From Lama guanicoe (Eukaryota), in the NCBI GenBank assembly GCA_013239625.1, contig MU054662.1:8979798-9043797 (forward strand): a stretch of DNA of 64,000 bases, given 5' to 3'. The translations under genes and the position numbers were made by a program. Below the pieces are notes generated by a model. That model was not told the DNA's origin and did no database searches. It was given only the letters and a program-made list of their open reading frames with translations. Of this stretch, positions 23,177 through 36,125 are shown piece after piece. Numbering within the stretch: the first letter of the stretch is position 1; every line of letters begins with the position of its first letter.

Positions 23177-23534
23177 TCCAGACGATTCCAACCAAGAGTT
23201 CCTTTGGATTTCTGGTGGCCCAATGCTATGAGCTGGGCAGTGGGGCCTCACCAGCCAAAGCTGGTGAAATGTGTTTGTAGACAACCAGGCCACAACCTGT
23301 CGGACGGTGCATCCGAGCTGGGGTCTGAGGTGTCTCAGCTGGGGAGCCCTGGGCAGGGGTCCCAAAAAGAACCGACTTTCTCTCAGTATCAGGCCTGGGC
23401 TGGGCGGGTAAACCTTCCCTTGTTTGTGGGCCCGTTGTGCGGAGAAGATGGATGAGCTGGGGCTGGTAAAATGCCTTTTGTTCCTTGGAGAAGGGCGTGT
23501 AGGCAGACAAGCCAGGCTTATTACTTTTAGAGGG

Positions 23535-23740
23535 GAGCTGGGACTGCTTACGCTAGAAAAGAGGGAGCCTAAGGGGACATGATTTGTGGTCTTCAAGAGG
23601 CGAACAGGCTGCCATGCGGAAGAGGGATCACGGTGATTTTAGATGCTCCAGGGGGCTGAACCTGGGCCAGCGAGGAGAGAGCCAGGGAAAGTGGACTTTG
23701 CTGCACTGTAAGGAGGAACTGCTATAATACAGAGCTGGGC
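23535..23740 (+). mobile_element. CR1/L3 LINE 3' ORF2 remnant
   Basis: gagctgggactgcttacgctagaaaagagggagcctaaggggacatgatttgtggtcttcaag...ggctgccatgcggaagaggga...gctccagggggctgaac...taaggaggaact matches the L3 ELGLFSLEKRRLRGDMI region. Confidence 0.75.
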
Positions 23741-23874
23741 TCCCTCCCTCCTGCTTTCACTACCATCTCCTCTGCCTTGAGACCACATCTTTCTCACCTC
23801 TGCCTTCCTCGTTCCTCATCCAGCTCCTGACACAATCTTCACTGGATGTTTACTACCATCTCTACGATGGTTAA

Positions 23875-24100
23875 TGACTGTCATGAATGCCCACCATGCA
23901 GAGCAATTTTCTTGCTTATTGCCTTTAACTCTTCCAGCGCTCCGAGAGGTAGGTCTGTTTATTACCCCATTCTACAGGTAAGGAAACCAGAGCCTAAGGC
24001 AGTTAAGTAGTATGCAAAGCCACAGCCAGCGTGTAGCGGAGATGGGCTGTGACCTCAAGCCCGTCTGACTCAAAACCTGTGCTCCTAACTGTTGTGTAGC
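23875..24100 (-). mobile_element. MIR SINE
   Basis: gaggtaggtctgtttattaccccattctacaggtaaggaaaccagagcctaaggcagttaagt...gtctgactcaaaacctgtgctcctaac. Confidence 0.8.
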
Positions 24101-26974
24101 CCTTCCTGCCAGCACCCTGGGGGGTTGTTTTGTGGGGTGGGGGTCCCCAGTCCTGGAGGTATTCAGGTTGAAGATATACAACTATTTGGGTGAACTGGTT
24201 ATGCCACAGCGGTGAGTCCTGATTGAGTTAGGATGGTCCCAGATGATAATGGAGCCAGAGGCTGGCAGTGCTTTAAAGTCCTAGGCCACCTGGTTACTGC
24301 TCCCATCAGCCTCTTATCCCAGCTCCATGCGCAAGCAAGGCGTTGGTCTGGCCCAGGGAGAGCCCCACTACCTCTGCTGCGCAGGCTCCAGGACGGAATG
24401 CTCTCTTGGCAGCTGTGGTCACCCCCAGGTAATGAGTATCCGGCCTCCTCTGCCACCTGCCTGCAATTCTCATTAAGGCCCACGGTCACGTGTCTGGGGA
24501 GCAGACTCCTTTGGATGCCCCAGGCGACAGGAGAGAATGGAGAGAGGAGCCCTGGGCGTTGGGGTGGAGATGCATGACTGCTTCGGCCATGAAATGTTGT
24601 ATTCATTTCTCCGTCCATTTCACAAAGACACAGTGATTGCATTACTGGGTGGCTCTGGGTACAAGGCAGAGGGGCAGAAGCAGATGATGAAGGAGGGAGT
24701 GCTCCCAGGAAGTTTTTCATCAAAGTGATGGCGTAGCCAAAGGCACAGGAAAAATATTCCTGAGATGACACTGCCAATTAGTGGATGGCTGCAAGGAGAA
24801 CTGAGAAATGGAGGCTTGGGGGAACAGATGGGAGAGGGGCTGGCACAGGGCCAGGAGAGGCAGGAGAAGGCAAGACGGGAGGAGAAGTCGGTGGGATGGG
24901 TGAGTCCTTCAGCACACGGTGCACTTGTGTGCTGTGCGTACATTCCTGGGAAGAGAGTCCATAGCTTTCATTCAGGTCTCAAATTTTCATCGCCCTCAAA
25001 CGTAGAGACCGTTGCCCCAGGAAGTTAAATCAAGGGATTTTTACACTAAGGAGAAGCTGCAATTAGTCCCTTCTTTGGTCCCACATTCATTCTCTTCCCT
25101 CCTGCGTCAAATGCCTTTACAGGTCCCTTGATCTCTTCTTCCTGCCTCACAACCCACTTTAAATTCCGTTTTGAGCTAATTATAAATCATCCAAACCCAG
25201 AGAAGACAACCTCTGCTTTTTTCTTAGAGAAAAGCCTAGTGTGTCCAACGAATGGGGATGAGAACATAGAGATGTGGGAATGGGGCCAAGGTTTATTTTT
25301 TCTTTTCTTTTCTTTTCTAGACTCATAGATCTTTGGAACTGACCTGTGTGCCTGACTTGCAGATTTCTTAAGAGCAGAGCACAGAGTCTGGCAAAGGGCT
25401 CGAATGAAAGCTAATGCAAAGGGCAAAGTCATCTTAAAAGAATTATTATTCATTTCCCATTGCAGTTAATTTTGGCACCTTCAACAGGGTTTAAATTCTA
25501 GTACCACATCATATCAAAGGGAAAAAAGTATTTGATGTACATGTTAATTACTGCTAAGATGTAGCTACTTAAATCAAGAGTTTAATCTTCATTTGACTAT
25601 TCAGAACAGCTCTGAGCGGGGGATGGGGAGAGCCTCCTCTGATTCGGGTTATTTAAATAGGGGCTGAGAACTCCAAGTAAAACGGCCTTCTGTTTTCTGA
25701 ACCAACCTTTGGAATTACTTCCCAGCGAAATGAAAAATAGGAAAATCAAGTTCCTCTAAGAATTCCCAAGCCTATCTCTTCTATGGGGCAGGAGAACAGA
25801 GTGGATAATAGAATTCCATGTGCTCAAAGACTTGAGGGTCTGCAGAGCGTTAGCCTACTGGTAAGTGAAATCTTAAAAGCACGTGAGAGGCTTAAAATCT
25901 AGGTCTGTGAAGAAAATAATATACTATTATTTAAAAGCATAAATTGCCAGAATGATAGCACTCCTGGATACACTCTTTATAAGAACTATCTTGGATGAAT
26001 CCCTAATGTGTATTTTATACCATGAAACTATAAAATCCGTAGAAATAACAACTTATTTACCATGTGATTAAATCAGGGCCATTTATTGTAGTTTTACTAG
26101 AACATTGTTTTCTTGCATTCCCAAGGCTTTATCGCCTCAGATGTAACGCTCTGCTCCTAATAACCCCTATTGCTTTTACGCTAGTACCTTATATTTTTAG
26201 ATTTGTTTTACTGTCTTGCACTAAATTCTAACCTTACTGTGCTATATAAAATGAGATACATCATCATATTTCTCAAACCTTATGAAGACAATTATCTTGT
26301 CCAAAATGGGTGGAAAATGCTCATTTCTGGCTGCTGACGGAGTTGGGGACCTGGGCTTGTGGTCCCTGAGGATGCCAGTTGTGTCATTTCTGGAGTGGAC
26401 AGCTCTGGCGTACTGTCCCAGTGCTGGCCAGGAGCTGGTGGGTGTTAGAAGCAGGGCCACAGCACAGATCAGAGGAGCTACTTGGGACGGCGTCTGTGTC
26501 GATATTTCCCTGTAGGTGCTAGTCTCTCTTGGAACTTGTGGCTCATACAGCAATTGTTCACGTGCTAAACCTGCCAGCGGAGAACTCTGCGTTCTTAGAG
26601 GAAAAGTTAACACACCTTTGGGTGCTGTTTTAATTACTCTTCTTAGAGGCACCTTTTAAATGTTGTTAAAAATGGTGACATTTTTAATCTCATGCTGAAC
26701 CTTGAGTTTCCATTCTCTGCACGAAGGTCTTGGTGAAGGTGGAAGGGGAGGCACAGGCTCTGGCTTTTGAGTGATGATGTTCGTGGTCCCTCTGGAGAAA
26801 GGGCCGCTACTGATAACCCCTCGCAGGACAGCAATCAGTGGTCCCTGTGAGATCTCACACACTCTTATCAGGTCCCGATGCAATTAACTTGGCACCTTCA
26901 CTACGCTCTAGGAGAGGCTAGATTCTTGATTTCCAGGAGCTCCAATTCTAAAAGGGGAATCTAATCACGGCCGC

Positions 26975-27212
26975 CACACTCTTTATAGAGTGCTAAGTAC
27001 ATGCCAGACACTGTTCCCAATGCTCTATCTATACAAATCCTTTCAATCCTTGCAACAGATCTCACAAGGCAGACACTACTTGGGCCCTGTTTTACAAGGA
27101 GGAAACTGAGGCACTGAGAGATTAAGTATTTTGCACAAGGTAGCACCACTAGGGAGCAGTGGACACAGATTTCAAACCCAGGCAGTCTGACTCTTGGAGT
27201 CCAGGCTCTTAG
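26975..27212 (-). mobile_element. MIR SINE, near full length
   Basis: ttttacaaggaggaaactgaggcactgagagattaagtattttgcacaagg...atttcaaacccaggcagtctgactc. Confidence 0.85.
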
Positions 27213-29374
27213 ATAAACAAATCTATGTCACATTTATAATTCATAAAGTCTTACCCACTAATTATCTCATTTGAGCTTCCCGACAACCTTTGATTCCATT
27301 TTAGAGATAGGAAAACGGACGTAGGTAGTCGTTGGCCTATGGTGACACAGCCAAAACCTGCTGGCAGGACAGCTTGCTGCCTCTCTTGAACACAGCATCA
27401 TGGGTGGAAGATATAATAACCTGTCACGTGGAAGGGAAGCCAAGGTTTTCAGCACATGCACTGTCTGCCTCACCAGAAAACACCTCCCTCCCATGACACT
27501 GTGTGAGACAAGCCCCCTGGGGGAGCAGTGTCCCAGCAGCAAATGGACTCAGCCTGGATTACGTGCAAATTAATGAAGCGGGGGGGGGGGCTCTGTTCTC
27601 CTGCATTTCCACCCCCTCTGATGTGCTCTTCTCAGTTTGCTGCTAATTTACCATCATGTCAAGGACTTTGAAGGTCTTTGTGTTGGTATTTTGTGATGTC
27701 GACTGTTTGATGCACTGATGAGATTTTTGCAGCCACAGAAATGATCAGAAAAGCATCTGTGTGAATCCTGCATGTGGAAGAAGGAGGGGAAAGCAGATAG
27801 GAGTGGGCAGGAAGGTGGAAGGGGCAAGAGCTGACAGGCCTGCAGGGGAAGAGGGGGCGCCTGTCGTCAGGGCTAGGCTGCATGCGGGGCATCCCTATGG
27901 CTGCCTTAAACAAGAGGAAAGAGCAGCCAAGGGAGGCCAGGACAAAGGCACTGACTGGACACCAGGCGAGCAGACAAAGACATACGGGGAAGCTCTATGT
28001 CCTCAAGAAAAGGAACCAACCAACCAGAAAAGTCCTTTTCTGTGAATTGGGGCCTGTGTTGAACCCAGCAATCAAAGTTGTGCCCCCTTCCCCCCAGTTC
28101 GGGAGGGGCTGGCAGGTAGATATTGTAGCCCATTGAGAGAATAATACTGAACGGTTGTCTGAATTCAATAAATAATGCTTGAACTGATCAGAACTGAAGA
28201 GCCAGAAGCTGAGATGAGGAGGGCAGAAGAGCTAGTCTTTTCTGCACCTGCCATGACTGCTTTATCACCTTGGCCTGGGAAGGACCATGCTCACTGGTGA
28301 CGGATGTTGATTTAGTGCTTCGAGATCCCTGGAGGACAGGTCAGGCTACTGACACGGAAGATGGCACTGTGGGTCAAATCAATAAGAATGATGGACAAGG
28401 ACCCCTAGGGGAAAGCTGGAATGAAAGATGGGGGAATCAGAGGATGGGGGTACGTCTGTGCAGCTGGGATCATCTGTTATTCTCCCTAAAGAGATGATTC
28501 TTTTCTTTGCTTCTGATTTCCACTAGTTGAAAACCAACCCCCCTGGTCTTATACCACAAAGCACGACTCACTTACACCAGACACACAAGGAAAGCACCAT
28601 CCGGTGCTTAAAAAGCAATTATAATTGGCAAGACTGAGAATCTGTGGTTCATTTTCAGCAGGTAAACAAATGCATATTTATGCAGATGGAAAAACTCAGG
28701 TCTCCCCTTCCTAGCCTGGGGGCCAACTGGGAGCACTCTCCCATGCTCTTCACCTGACAGGTTATACTCCGCAGAGGCCGGCTGAGCATGTCATGTAATT
28801 CAGCATTAAGCACCCTATTGATTCACTGAAGTGCTGCCATGGATGTTAATGGAGACAAATATTGTGGCTGTGATTTTTCAAAGGGCTGAGTAACTCCCAC
28901 ACATCAATAACACCTGTCATGATGTGATGCGGGGCAACCTCAAGATGCCCGACTCGCGGCCAACCTTGAGGGCGGGGCTGCCGGAAGGGGCCCTTGGATA
29001 CTGACTCAGGGCTTGGGGAGGCGGCCTGAAAAATTTCAACACCTCCCAAGGTAAGGATGGTGGGGACTGGGGTGGGGCCGGGTGGTGGAGGCGACTGTTG
29101 ACAGCTTTCCTAGTGACTCATCGCAAAGGTCACTGAGTATTGGATTATCCTAAACTCTTACCTTGCTTGCCAGGCCCTGGGAAGTCAGACTGCACCCTGT
29201 TGCAGAGAATAGTGTGAGTTCTCCCATCCTCTTCGACCAGAAACATTGCATGTCCCTATAATACTGAAGCCAAACGCCTCTAGTCCTGCAGTAGTAGGCC
29301 CTGAGTACAACCTCCTACCCTGTGCCCTGGAATCTGAGCATGGGACTGCTTTAGTGTGTGCTCCCAGTGGCTGC

Positions 29375-29460
29375 TTTCAGAGAGGTTAAGCTTCTTGCTC
29401 AAGGTCACACAGCGAGGTAGTCATGGCTGGGCTAGAATCCAGGTCTCAGACTTTCTTACC
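29375..29460 (-). mobile_element. MIR fragment
   Basis: tcagagaggttaagcttcttgctcaaggtcacacagcgaggtagt...ctagaatccaggtctc. Confidence 0.7.
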
Positions 29461-29589
29461 CAGGTCTATGCCCAGTCACTGTGAGGTAGGATCTCTGGAA
29501 ACCATTCGACTTTATGCCCTGAACCAAGTTATATTTCCTTCCAAAAAGGCTCTGTACAAACCTCAGGGTTAGTAACTGTAAGAAGCTGC

Positions 29590-30210
29590 TCATACACAGA
29601 TCCCATATCAGTCCGGTTCTGCTGCCCCGTCTGCCCTGCATTCCAATCCAGTCTCCAGACTGCTACTCACGTATCTTGCTATAAGACAAATTGAATCTTG
29701 TCACTTCCTGGCATAAAGGCCTCCATCAGCCCGTCTCCGCTGACAGGATAAACTCCTTGGCTTGATCCTTGTCATCTCACCCCAAGTCTTCAGTTTGATG
29801 TCCCGCCCCTCCTGTTCCAGCCACTCTGGTCATTGCTGCCCCTTCTGTGCCCTCTTATCCACTGTGATATTTCCTACATGAAATTCCCTGTGTCTTCACC
29901 ATCTCCTCCCGTGTGCTGCCTGGGAAACTCCTGCCCATCCTTAAAAAGAGCCAGCTCTTCTCTCCCGCCCTGAGAACCTTACCTGCCCCTGCACAGAATT
30001 AGGAGCCCTTCCCCCTCTGAGACCCCCCAGGACACCACTCAGCCTTTATTTTATCTCTGTTATAACAGCCTTCCTGTTGCAGTGTGATTGGTTTTCTTGT
30101 CTACACCCACTGCGATTTGAGTTTCCGTGGTGAGGGGCTGAGCCTTTTTCATGTCCACAGCCCACTTCTGGGCACACAGGAGGTGTTCTCTGCGTGCTCA
30201 CCCAATGAAT
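29590..30210 (+). mobile_element. L2 LINE 3' region
   Basis: ttccaatccagtctccagactgct...aaattgaatcttgtcacttcctg...gcctgggaaactcctgcccatccttaa...ctgggcacacaggaggtgttctc...aatgaatg. Confidence 0.7.
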
Positions 30211-30870
30211 GGCGGGGTTGTGTTCCGGAAGAGAAAGCTGTGAGGTGGGAGCCGTCGGTCAGGTTTCGAGCACAAACGTTGGCCCCGCAGACACACGTTT
30301 CTACAGTCCTGGGTCCAGGATGGACTGTCATGGGATTGAGATCGAGAGGCAGAAAGGCAGTGCCTCAACTCGTTACCATGTTGGGGCTCTTGGGGGTGGA
30401 TGTGTGCCCTTTAACTGCCAGATTCTTTGAAAACAACAGCCCCGGGCATATGTACAACCACGGACCTCTAGGGGAGTAGGGGCAGACCTTCTACTGGGGG
30501 AAACAGCACATAGTACTTCGATGTACAGCAGACAGAGGAGCAGGGTTGATGTTCAAATGTTCAGTAACTGGCACTGCCTGTGCATTGAACAATCAGGACG
30601 GACACTGGCCACAGGGCCAAAGCGGGGCCCACTGCGCCAAGCATTAACCCTTCAGGTGCTGGCCAGTAGGAGGTATCACGGAGGAGGGTCTGGGCAGAGG
30701 AGAGGCACATTCGGTGAGGGGGCTTGGACCAGCGGCTCCTTATCTGTTGGTATGAAAATATTTCAGTACTTTAACAACTGGCCCTAGTACTGTTGTACTG
30801 GTGCATTCCAGCCTGTCGATAAGTCTCATAAAAGAACAACCAAAATTTTGAACCCACCTTTGAAGAAAGA

Positions 30871-30904
30871 TGTGTGTGTGTGTATATGTGTGTGTGTGCG
30901 TGTG
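30871..30904. repeat. Imperfect (TG)n microsatellite
   Basis: Direct read. Confidence 0.9.
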
Positions 30905-30909
30905 AAAGA

Positions 30910-31165
30910 AAGAGGCAAAGCTTTTAGAAGAAGCAGCATTTGAGCTGGACCTCTCTTTCAGTTGTGTTTCCATATAAGGAGAAGGAGGTGGGGATCAGGG
31001 GATTTCAGGCCCGGGGAAGTGAACAAGTTCACAGATGTGTGAATGGGCCTATTTGGGAAAGGTGATTGATTGCGTGATGCTGGGAATCACTGGGGGCACA
31101 GGAAAGAGAGGAAGGATTGAAGCCAGACTGTGAAGGGCCTTGAAAGCCCCAGGGAAGCACTGTTA
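30910..31165 (-). mobile_element. L2 fragment
   Basis: gcttttagaagaagcagcatttgagctggacct...gaagccagactgtgaagggccttgaaagcc. Confidence 0.55.
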
Positions 31166-33149
31166 TCTTGCCTGCGTTCCCACAGGCAGCCCTCTAGCCA
31201 AACTGTATTGCTGGGGCAGGCTTCCGGGTGGCCCTGTCAGGGACAACCAATGGTGCCATCTCCACCAGGTGTGGGGCTGTCACTTGGTGAAAGGGACAAG
31301 CTTCACTTCAATTAGGAATGTCATGGCAGCCTCTTTGGCTCCATGGTGACTGACGCTGTCCGTCCAGCTGCCATGAGGCTGCTGTGTCCTACCACAGTAC
31401 ATCATCTCCTAATTAACACGTCTTGTCAGGTCCAGCGGTTGGCTTCGGTAAACACGCTCCTAGCAGCTGTCACTGGGACCCCGCATGGGGCCTGCTGCCT
31501 CATTAGCTCGAGAGAAGGGAGATGGCATTGGTGGCTGGGCAGAGGGGGAGGGATGTACTTTGTGGGGGGTGTTGGCAGGATTGGAGAGATGTCAGATGCT
31601 CAGAGAGACCTCGCGGGGACCAGCGGAGATCCCCTCTCCTGGCACAGTGACAGGATAGGGTGGGGGGCAGTGTGTCAGGAATCGGGAGGCTTGGATCCTC
31701 GTGCTGTCTCTCTCAACACCAAGCAAGGCGAGGTGTGCCCCTTCCCCAAATTTATGGTTCTAATTTGGGGACATCGGGGAGCATTCTTTGCTCAGGCCAG
31801 GTTAGTCCTTAGTGTTTCATTGGACACACCTCACCTGTCTTTCCAGGGCTTCCTGCCTGCATCCTCTGATCACTCTTTTTTTTTTCTCCCTCTGATCACT
31901 CATTTTATCAAGCCCTTGCTCTCCTTCCTCTGACTGTGGGAGCTTCGCCCAGGGCACACTTCTAAACTCTGCCCTGAGAACACACAGTAGGCAGCTGATA
32001 AATGCCCTCTGAGCACGAGAAGCAGTACATCTCATTCTCACAGCCTTCACAACAGTGGTGGGAGATCTCACAATTTCTTCCAACAACTTGTTCTATTGTC
32101 AGCCTTTCCACAGACCTCCTTCTGAGGGCTAACCTGCATCTCCTCTGGGGCCCCTTTGTCTCTCCAGACCAGAAAATAGAAACTTGATCACCATCCTCTC
32201 CGCCATCCTCTCCCACCCTCCGCTGGGAGGGAGAAACGGAGCACCCCCACCTTCCCCTGGACTTCAGATTCCCCGTCGAACCTGCAACCTGGAGCCCAGT
32301 CCCCCTCCTCATTGCCCCCTCAGAGCTCCCTGCTCCCATACGGGGTCTTTTCCGGGTAAAATCTGAGCAACTGAGGGTGTTGTGAAAGTGTCTAATTGTA
32401 GCAGGGAGGCAAATTTTACTAACCCAGCAGAGGCATCAAACCCACGCAATTTGAGAATCTCTGATAATGAGCACTTAAAGGGCACATCCTAGTGAAGAGG
32501 GCCAGGAATGACTGGCCATGGAGGGCAGGCTGCAGATTCTGATGACAGCACCTCTGCTTTTTTAGTTTCCCCCTCTCCTCTCCGCCCCTCCTTAATACCC
32601 GCACCCCCACCCCCTGCCCAGGACGCATCCTCCTTACTTCTAGACCAAGCCTGTGCAAAAGGTATGTTTCATGTTTCCTTCAGTTAAGTCGCTCTCTGGG
32701 GGATGTAGAGCTCTTCTTTAGTGTGGGCCTACTGTGTGCACTTGGCTTGCAGAGGATGTGCACACGTGGCTGGAGGCGCACCAGGACGATGCTCCCAGGA
32801 GCCAGGCAGATGTCCGTACCCCAGGAAGTGCAGCGGGGATCCAAGTGGGCTCATGAATGAGTGGCAGCTGCCAGCCTTCTGAGCTTCCTGGGGTGAAGCT
32901 CCGGGGTGAGGGCTGGGGGACCAGCTGAGGAACCTCTGGGCCATCAGGGGTGTTTCCTGGGCCTCTCGTCATACTTTCCTTTCCAAGTGGCCACGTGGAC
33001 GGAGGAGCAAAGGCAGCTGTGAGAAAGGGCTTTGCGCTGCTTTCTGTGGGGCTGGAGTGACTGTTGAGCTGAAAAGTAATTGTTTGCTTCTCCAGACCCA
33101 CCCCCACCTGGCTCCAAGCCCTGGGAGTCTGACCCCAACTCTTCCTCTA

Positions 33150-33460
33150 TGAGATCATCTGTCTCTCGGCTGGAGTTTGCAGCTCCTTGTTAAGGCGGGT
33201 ACTGTATGAGATGCTCTCTTTTCTGGTTCTCCTTCCTACCCCATCTAACAACACCCTCTCCTCGCCCCTGGTTCTCACCACTCCCTCTCCTTGCTCCTAT
33301 AGGCAGGGCTGGTAAGGGCTGCCTCTGTTTCTATCCCCAGGCTGTTGTTCCTGGTGTGACTCCCTGAACACAGCCTTGCAAACAGTCTCTTTATTAAACT
33401 CCCTCCAGATTACACAGTTCAATTGTGTCATCTTTTTCTGCCAGGATCCTGATAGAATCA
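33150..33460 (+). mobile_element. ERVL-type LTR (LTR33/LTR16-like), 3' part
   Basis: ccttgcaaacagtctctttattaaactccctccagattacacagttcaattgtgtcatctttttctgccaggatcctgatagaatca matches the LTR33-type 3' terminus (ATTAAA polyA signal, ends in CA). Confidence 0.65.
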
Positions 33461-34119
33461 CCTGCTCTCTTTCAGACCAAGCCTTCTCACCAGACAACAC
33501 ATATAGTCAGAAGGATCCTGTTGGTGTCAGATGACTCCTGGGATGCCAGCTTTGATGAGGAGCAGAATGCAGAGCTTTGCAGGTGACAAAGGTCCCCATT
33601 TCCAGATAGACACATTGGGTTTGGAAAAGTGCTAGTGGGGGAAATTACCTAATATAGGTGAACTTTTAGAAGTATGCCCTGGTCCCAGCCAAGGAGCTCT
33701 TCTTTGACTCCTAATTGGCCCTTTGGCCCAATGGTTTGAATTGGTGTTCTCTATCCTGCAGGCCTGGGACTCCAATTAGCACTACCACACACAGAGGCCC
33801 CACAATGTGAGCCTGCCCTTGACCTGATGCTGTGACCACCTGCAATGCAGGTCTGATCATCCCCCAACATACCTCATGTTCCACTCCACTCCACCCAAGT
33901 GGTGCCCCCGACTGACTGGGAGGGAGACACTTTCTCCATGACGTGTCCTGCCTGAAATATCCATTTCCACCCCTGCCTGGTGTTCCCCACACCAAAACAT
34001 GGAACAGATTTTTCTTCTCATGTAGATGAAACGGACCTTTCTGCTTGTACATGACACAGCAGCCACTTCATTTTCACTCTTCGTTTAGCTATCTGAGCAT
34101 CCAGCCAATACTCAGTTGT

Positions 34120-34330
34120 CTGTTCATTCATTCATTCATTCTTCTGCTCTTTACTGAGCATCCTCACATGTCTCTATCAGCTACGTTCTATTATTATTGC
34201 CAGTTTACACAGTAGGAAACTGAGTCAAAGAGTGACTCAGTAGCTTGCTGAGGGCCACATGGCTAGTAAGTGTTGGAACTGGGTTTGAAGTGGGTAGTAT
34301 GACATAAGAACTTGAACCCTCAAGCCCCAG
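34120..34330 (-). mobile_element. L2 tail followed by a MIR fragment
   Basis: (TTCA)4 then tttactgagcatc, followed by ggaaactgagtcaaagag...agcttgctgagggccacatggctagtaagtg...ctgggtttgaa. Confidence 0.6.
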
Positions 34331-34611
34331 AACAATGTCTTCTATTCACAGACAGTTAGAAATTGTTCATGTGAAGAAGTAGAAGGTCCCAAGGAAACCC
34401 CACCTCTCCTTCCCCAAGTCACACTTCTGTGGGCTCTGCTCAGAGCAGGTATGGCTGTGTGTGCAAAAGGGGACAAGGAGAGACATGAGGAAAGAAAACC
34501 CAGCGGGAGATTGGGGGCGGGTGCAGGCAGAGCCAATTCACCCTGAGATGATTTGCATCAGCAGCAGAAGGGAGAACATGGCACGCTGTCACAGCCTCTT
34601 CCTGTATTGAC

Positions 34612-34830
34612 ATAATAACAATCCCTTACTTTTGTGTAGCACTTTGTAGTTTTCAAAGCACTTTCAAATCCATTAGCTCATTTTCTCCCCAGAATAATCT
34701 TGTGAAGAGGCAGGAATTGTTATCCTTATTTTGCAGAGGAACAGGCTCAGTGAGGTTATGTAACTTGTCCTAAGCCGGGGACCCTAGATGAAAACATGGG
34801 TCCCTGACCCCTGGTCTTATGGTCTGTGCA
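34612..34830 (-). mobile_element. MIR (MIR3/MIRc-like)
   Basis: gtagcactttgtagttttcaaagcactttcaaatccattagctcattt...ttatccttattttgcagagg...aggctcagtgaggttatgtaacttgtcctaag. Confidence 0.75.
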
Positions 34831-34949
34831 GGATGCTTCTCTTCCTTTTTCATCACTTTCTGATTTGGAGCCATTTAGGGAAAGTCTGTCTCCCCAGACT
34901 CCGAGAAACCCCTCACTCTTGGGTTCCAGGCCACCTAGACTCTATAAAG

Positions 34950-35133
34950 CAGTATTCTCAAATTTCCCTGGGCATCAGAATCACCTGGAAGGCTATCACA
35001 CAGATTTCTGTGACCTATCCCAGAGTTTCTGGACTCAAGGGGCCTGGGATGCCCAAGAACCTGCATTTCTAACAGGTTCCCAGGGGATGTTGTTACTGCT
35101 TGCTGGTTAGGGACCACACTTTGAGAACTACTA
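34950..35133. mobile_element. MER5A hAT MITE
   Basis: cagtattctcaaa...gcatcagaatcacctggaagg...ctgcatttctaacaggttcccagggga...ggaccacactttgagaactacta; 8-bp flanks ctataaag and atatcaag match at 6 of 8 positions (residual TSD). Confidence 0.85.
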
Positions 35134-36125
35134 ATATCAAGCAACGTTGTATGAATATTTAGCTGGATTTCTTTGACCTGGGATCACATTTTGGGCTAAA
35201 TAAGCCCCAGACAAAGAGAGGCTTGACCTTGTGGGTCTCTCCCTGAGGTGGGAAATCTGCATGTGTTCTTGCTTCTGTGACTGAGTGCAGTGTGGCCCAG
35301 AGAATGGGAAGAAACCGTTGGGCTTTTTGGTTCACACACAAAAAGAAAATGTCCACACATGAGATTATTAATTCATTGTTCAATTAAGTTACGATCTCTA
35401 AAATTATCACAATATTTGGCTCAGAGGAAGGCAGCATGAATAGCTTGTTCCACGTAATGTGTGAATAATGTAACTTTATTACTTTTCTCGCTAGTGAGTA
35501 ATTGTGACTGACACACTGGCAATAACACAGATTACCTTCTCACCCTCCGTGCTCCCTCCTCTCAGGGCTGAGCACTTAATTCCTTGCCCCTGCTCCTTTC
35601 TTGCTCATCTCCTTCCCTGCTGCTGGCCCCCTTCCCTGTGCCACTGCTTTTCTGTTCAGCCTACACAGCAGGCCTGTGGAGGGGTAAGGCAGTGAGGGGC
35701 TGTGGGTCCCAGGAGACAGGGATCAGCAATGTGTCCAGGCCCCCTGGCCAACCTGGCAGGAGCCCTTGTAGGACCTGCTTGAACTGTTGCTCGCGTTTTT
35801 CCCTGTAGCCTCCCTCATCTTCCATTTCTTGTATGTCCACTCAGGGGCAGTGCACTACAGCTCAGCTGTCTGCTTCAAAACAGGTGTGAGCTGACCTAGA
35901 CACACACTTGATGCAGGGAGGCAATTGCTGTGGTAATGTTGTGTCAGGGTGCATGTATCCTGCTGAAGGTAGGAGTTTCTGTGTTTCCTTATTTTATATC
36001 CCTTTCATTCCTTCTGAATCTAGCTTCTGTTTCCAGCTGACCTGTTCTGGGGAAACACCTTACTTATCTGAGTCTCTTATTTCCGCCTCCTGCTGCTCTG
36101 GGCACTCAGGCCACAGAGGGCTGCT

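Noticed and set aside
27146-27160. CTCF-like CCACTAGGGAGCAG
   Set aside because: Mismatch in the core G-run and it lies inside a MIR.
30970-30979. Perfect CArG box CCATATAAGG
   Set aside because: About four are expected by chance in 64 kb; it is isolated and inside an L2 relic.
31343-31933. 196-aa plus-strand ORF (also 24199-24777 and 17548-18117 on the minus strand)
   Set aside because: No recognisable homology or exon boundaries; consistent with chance.
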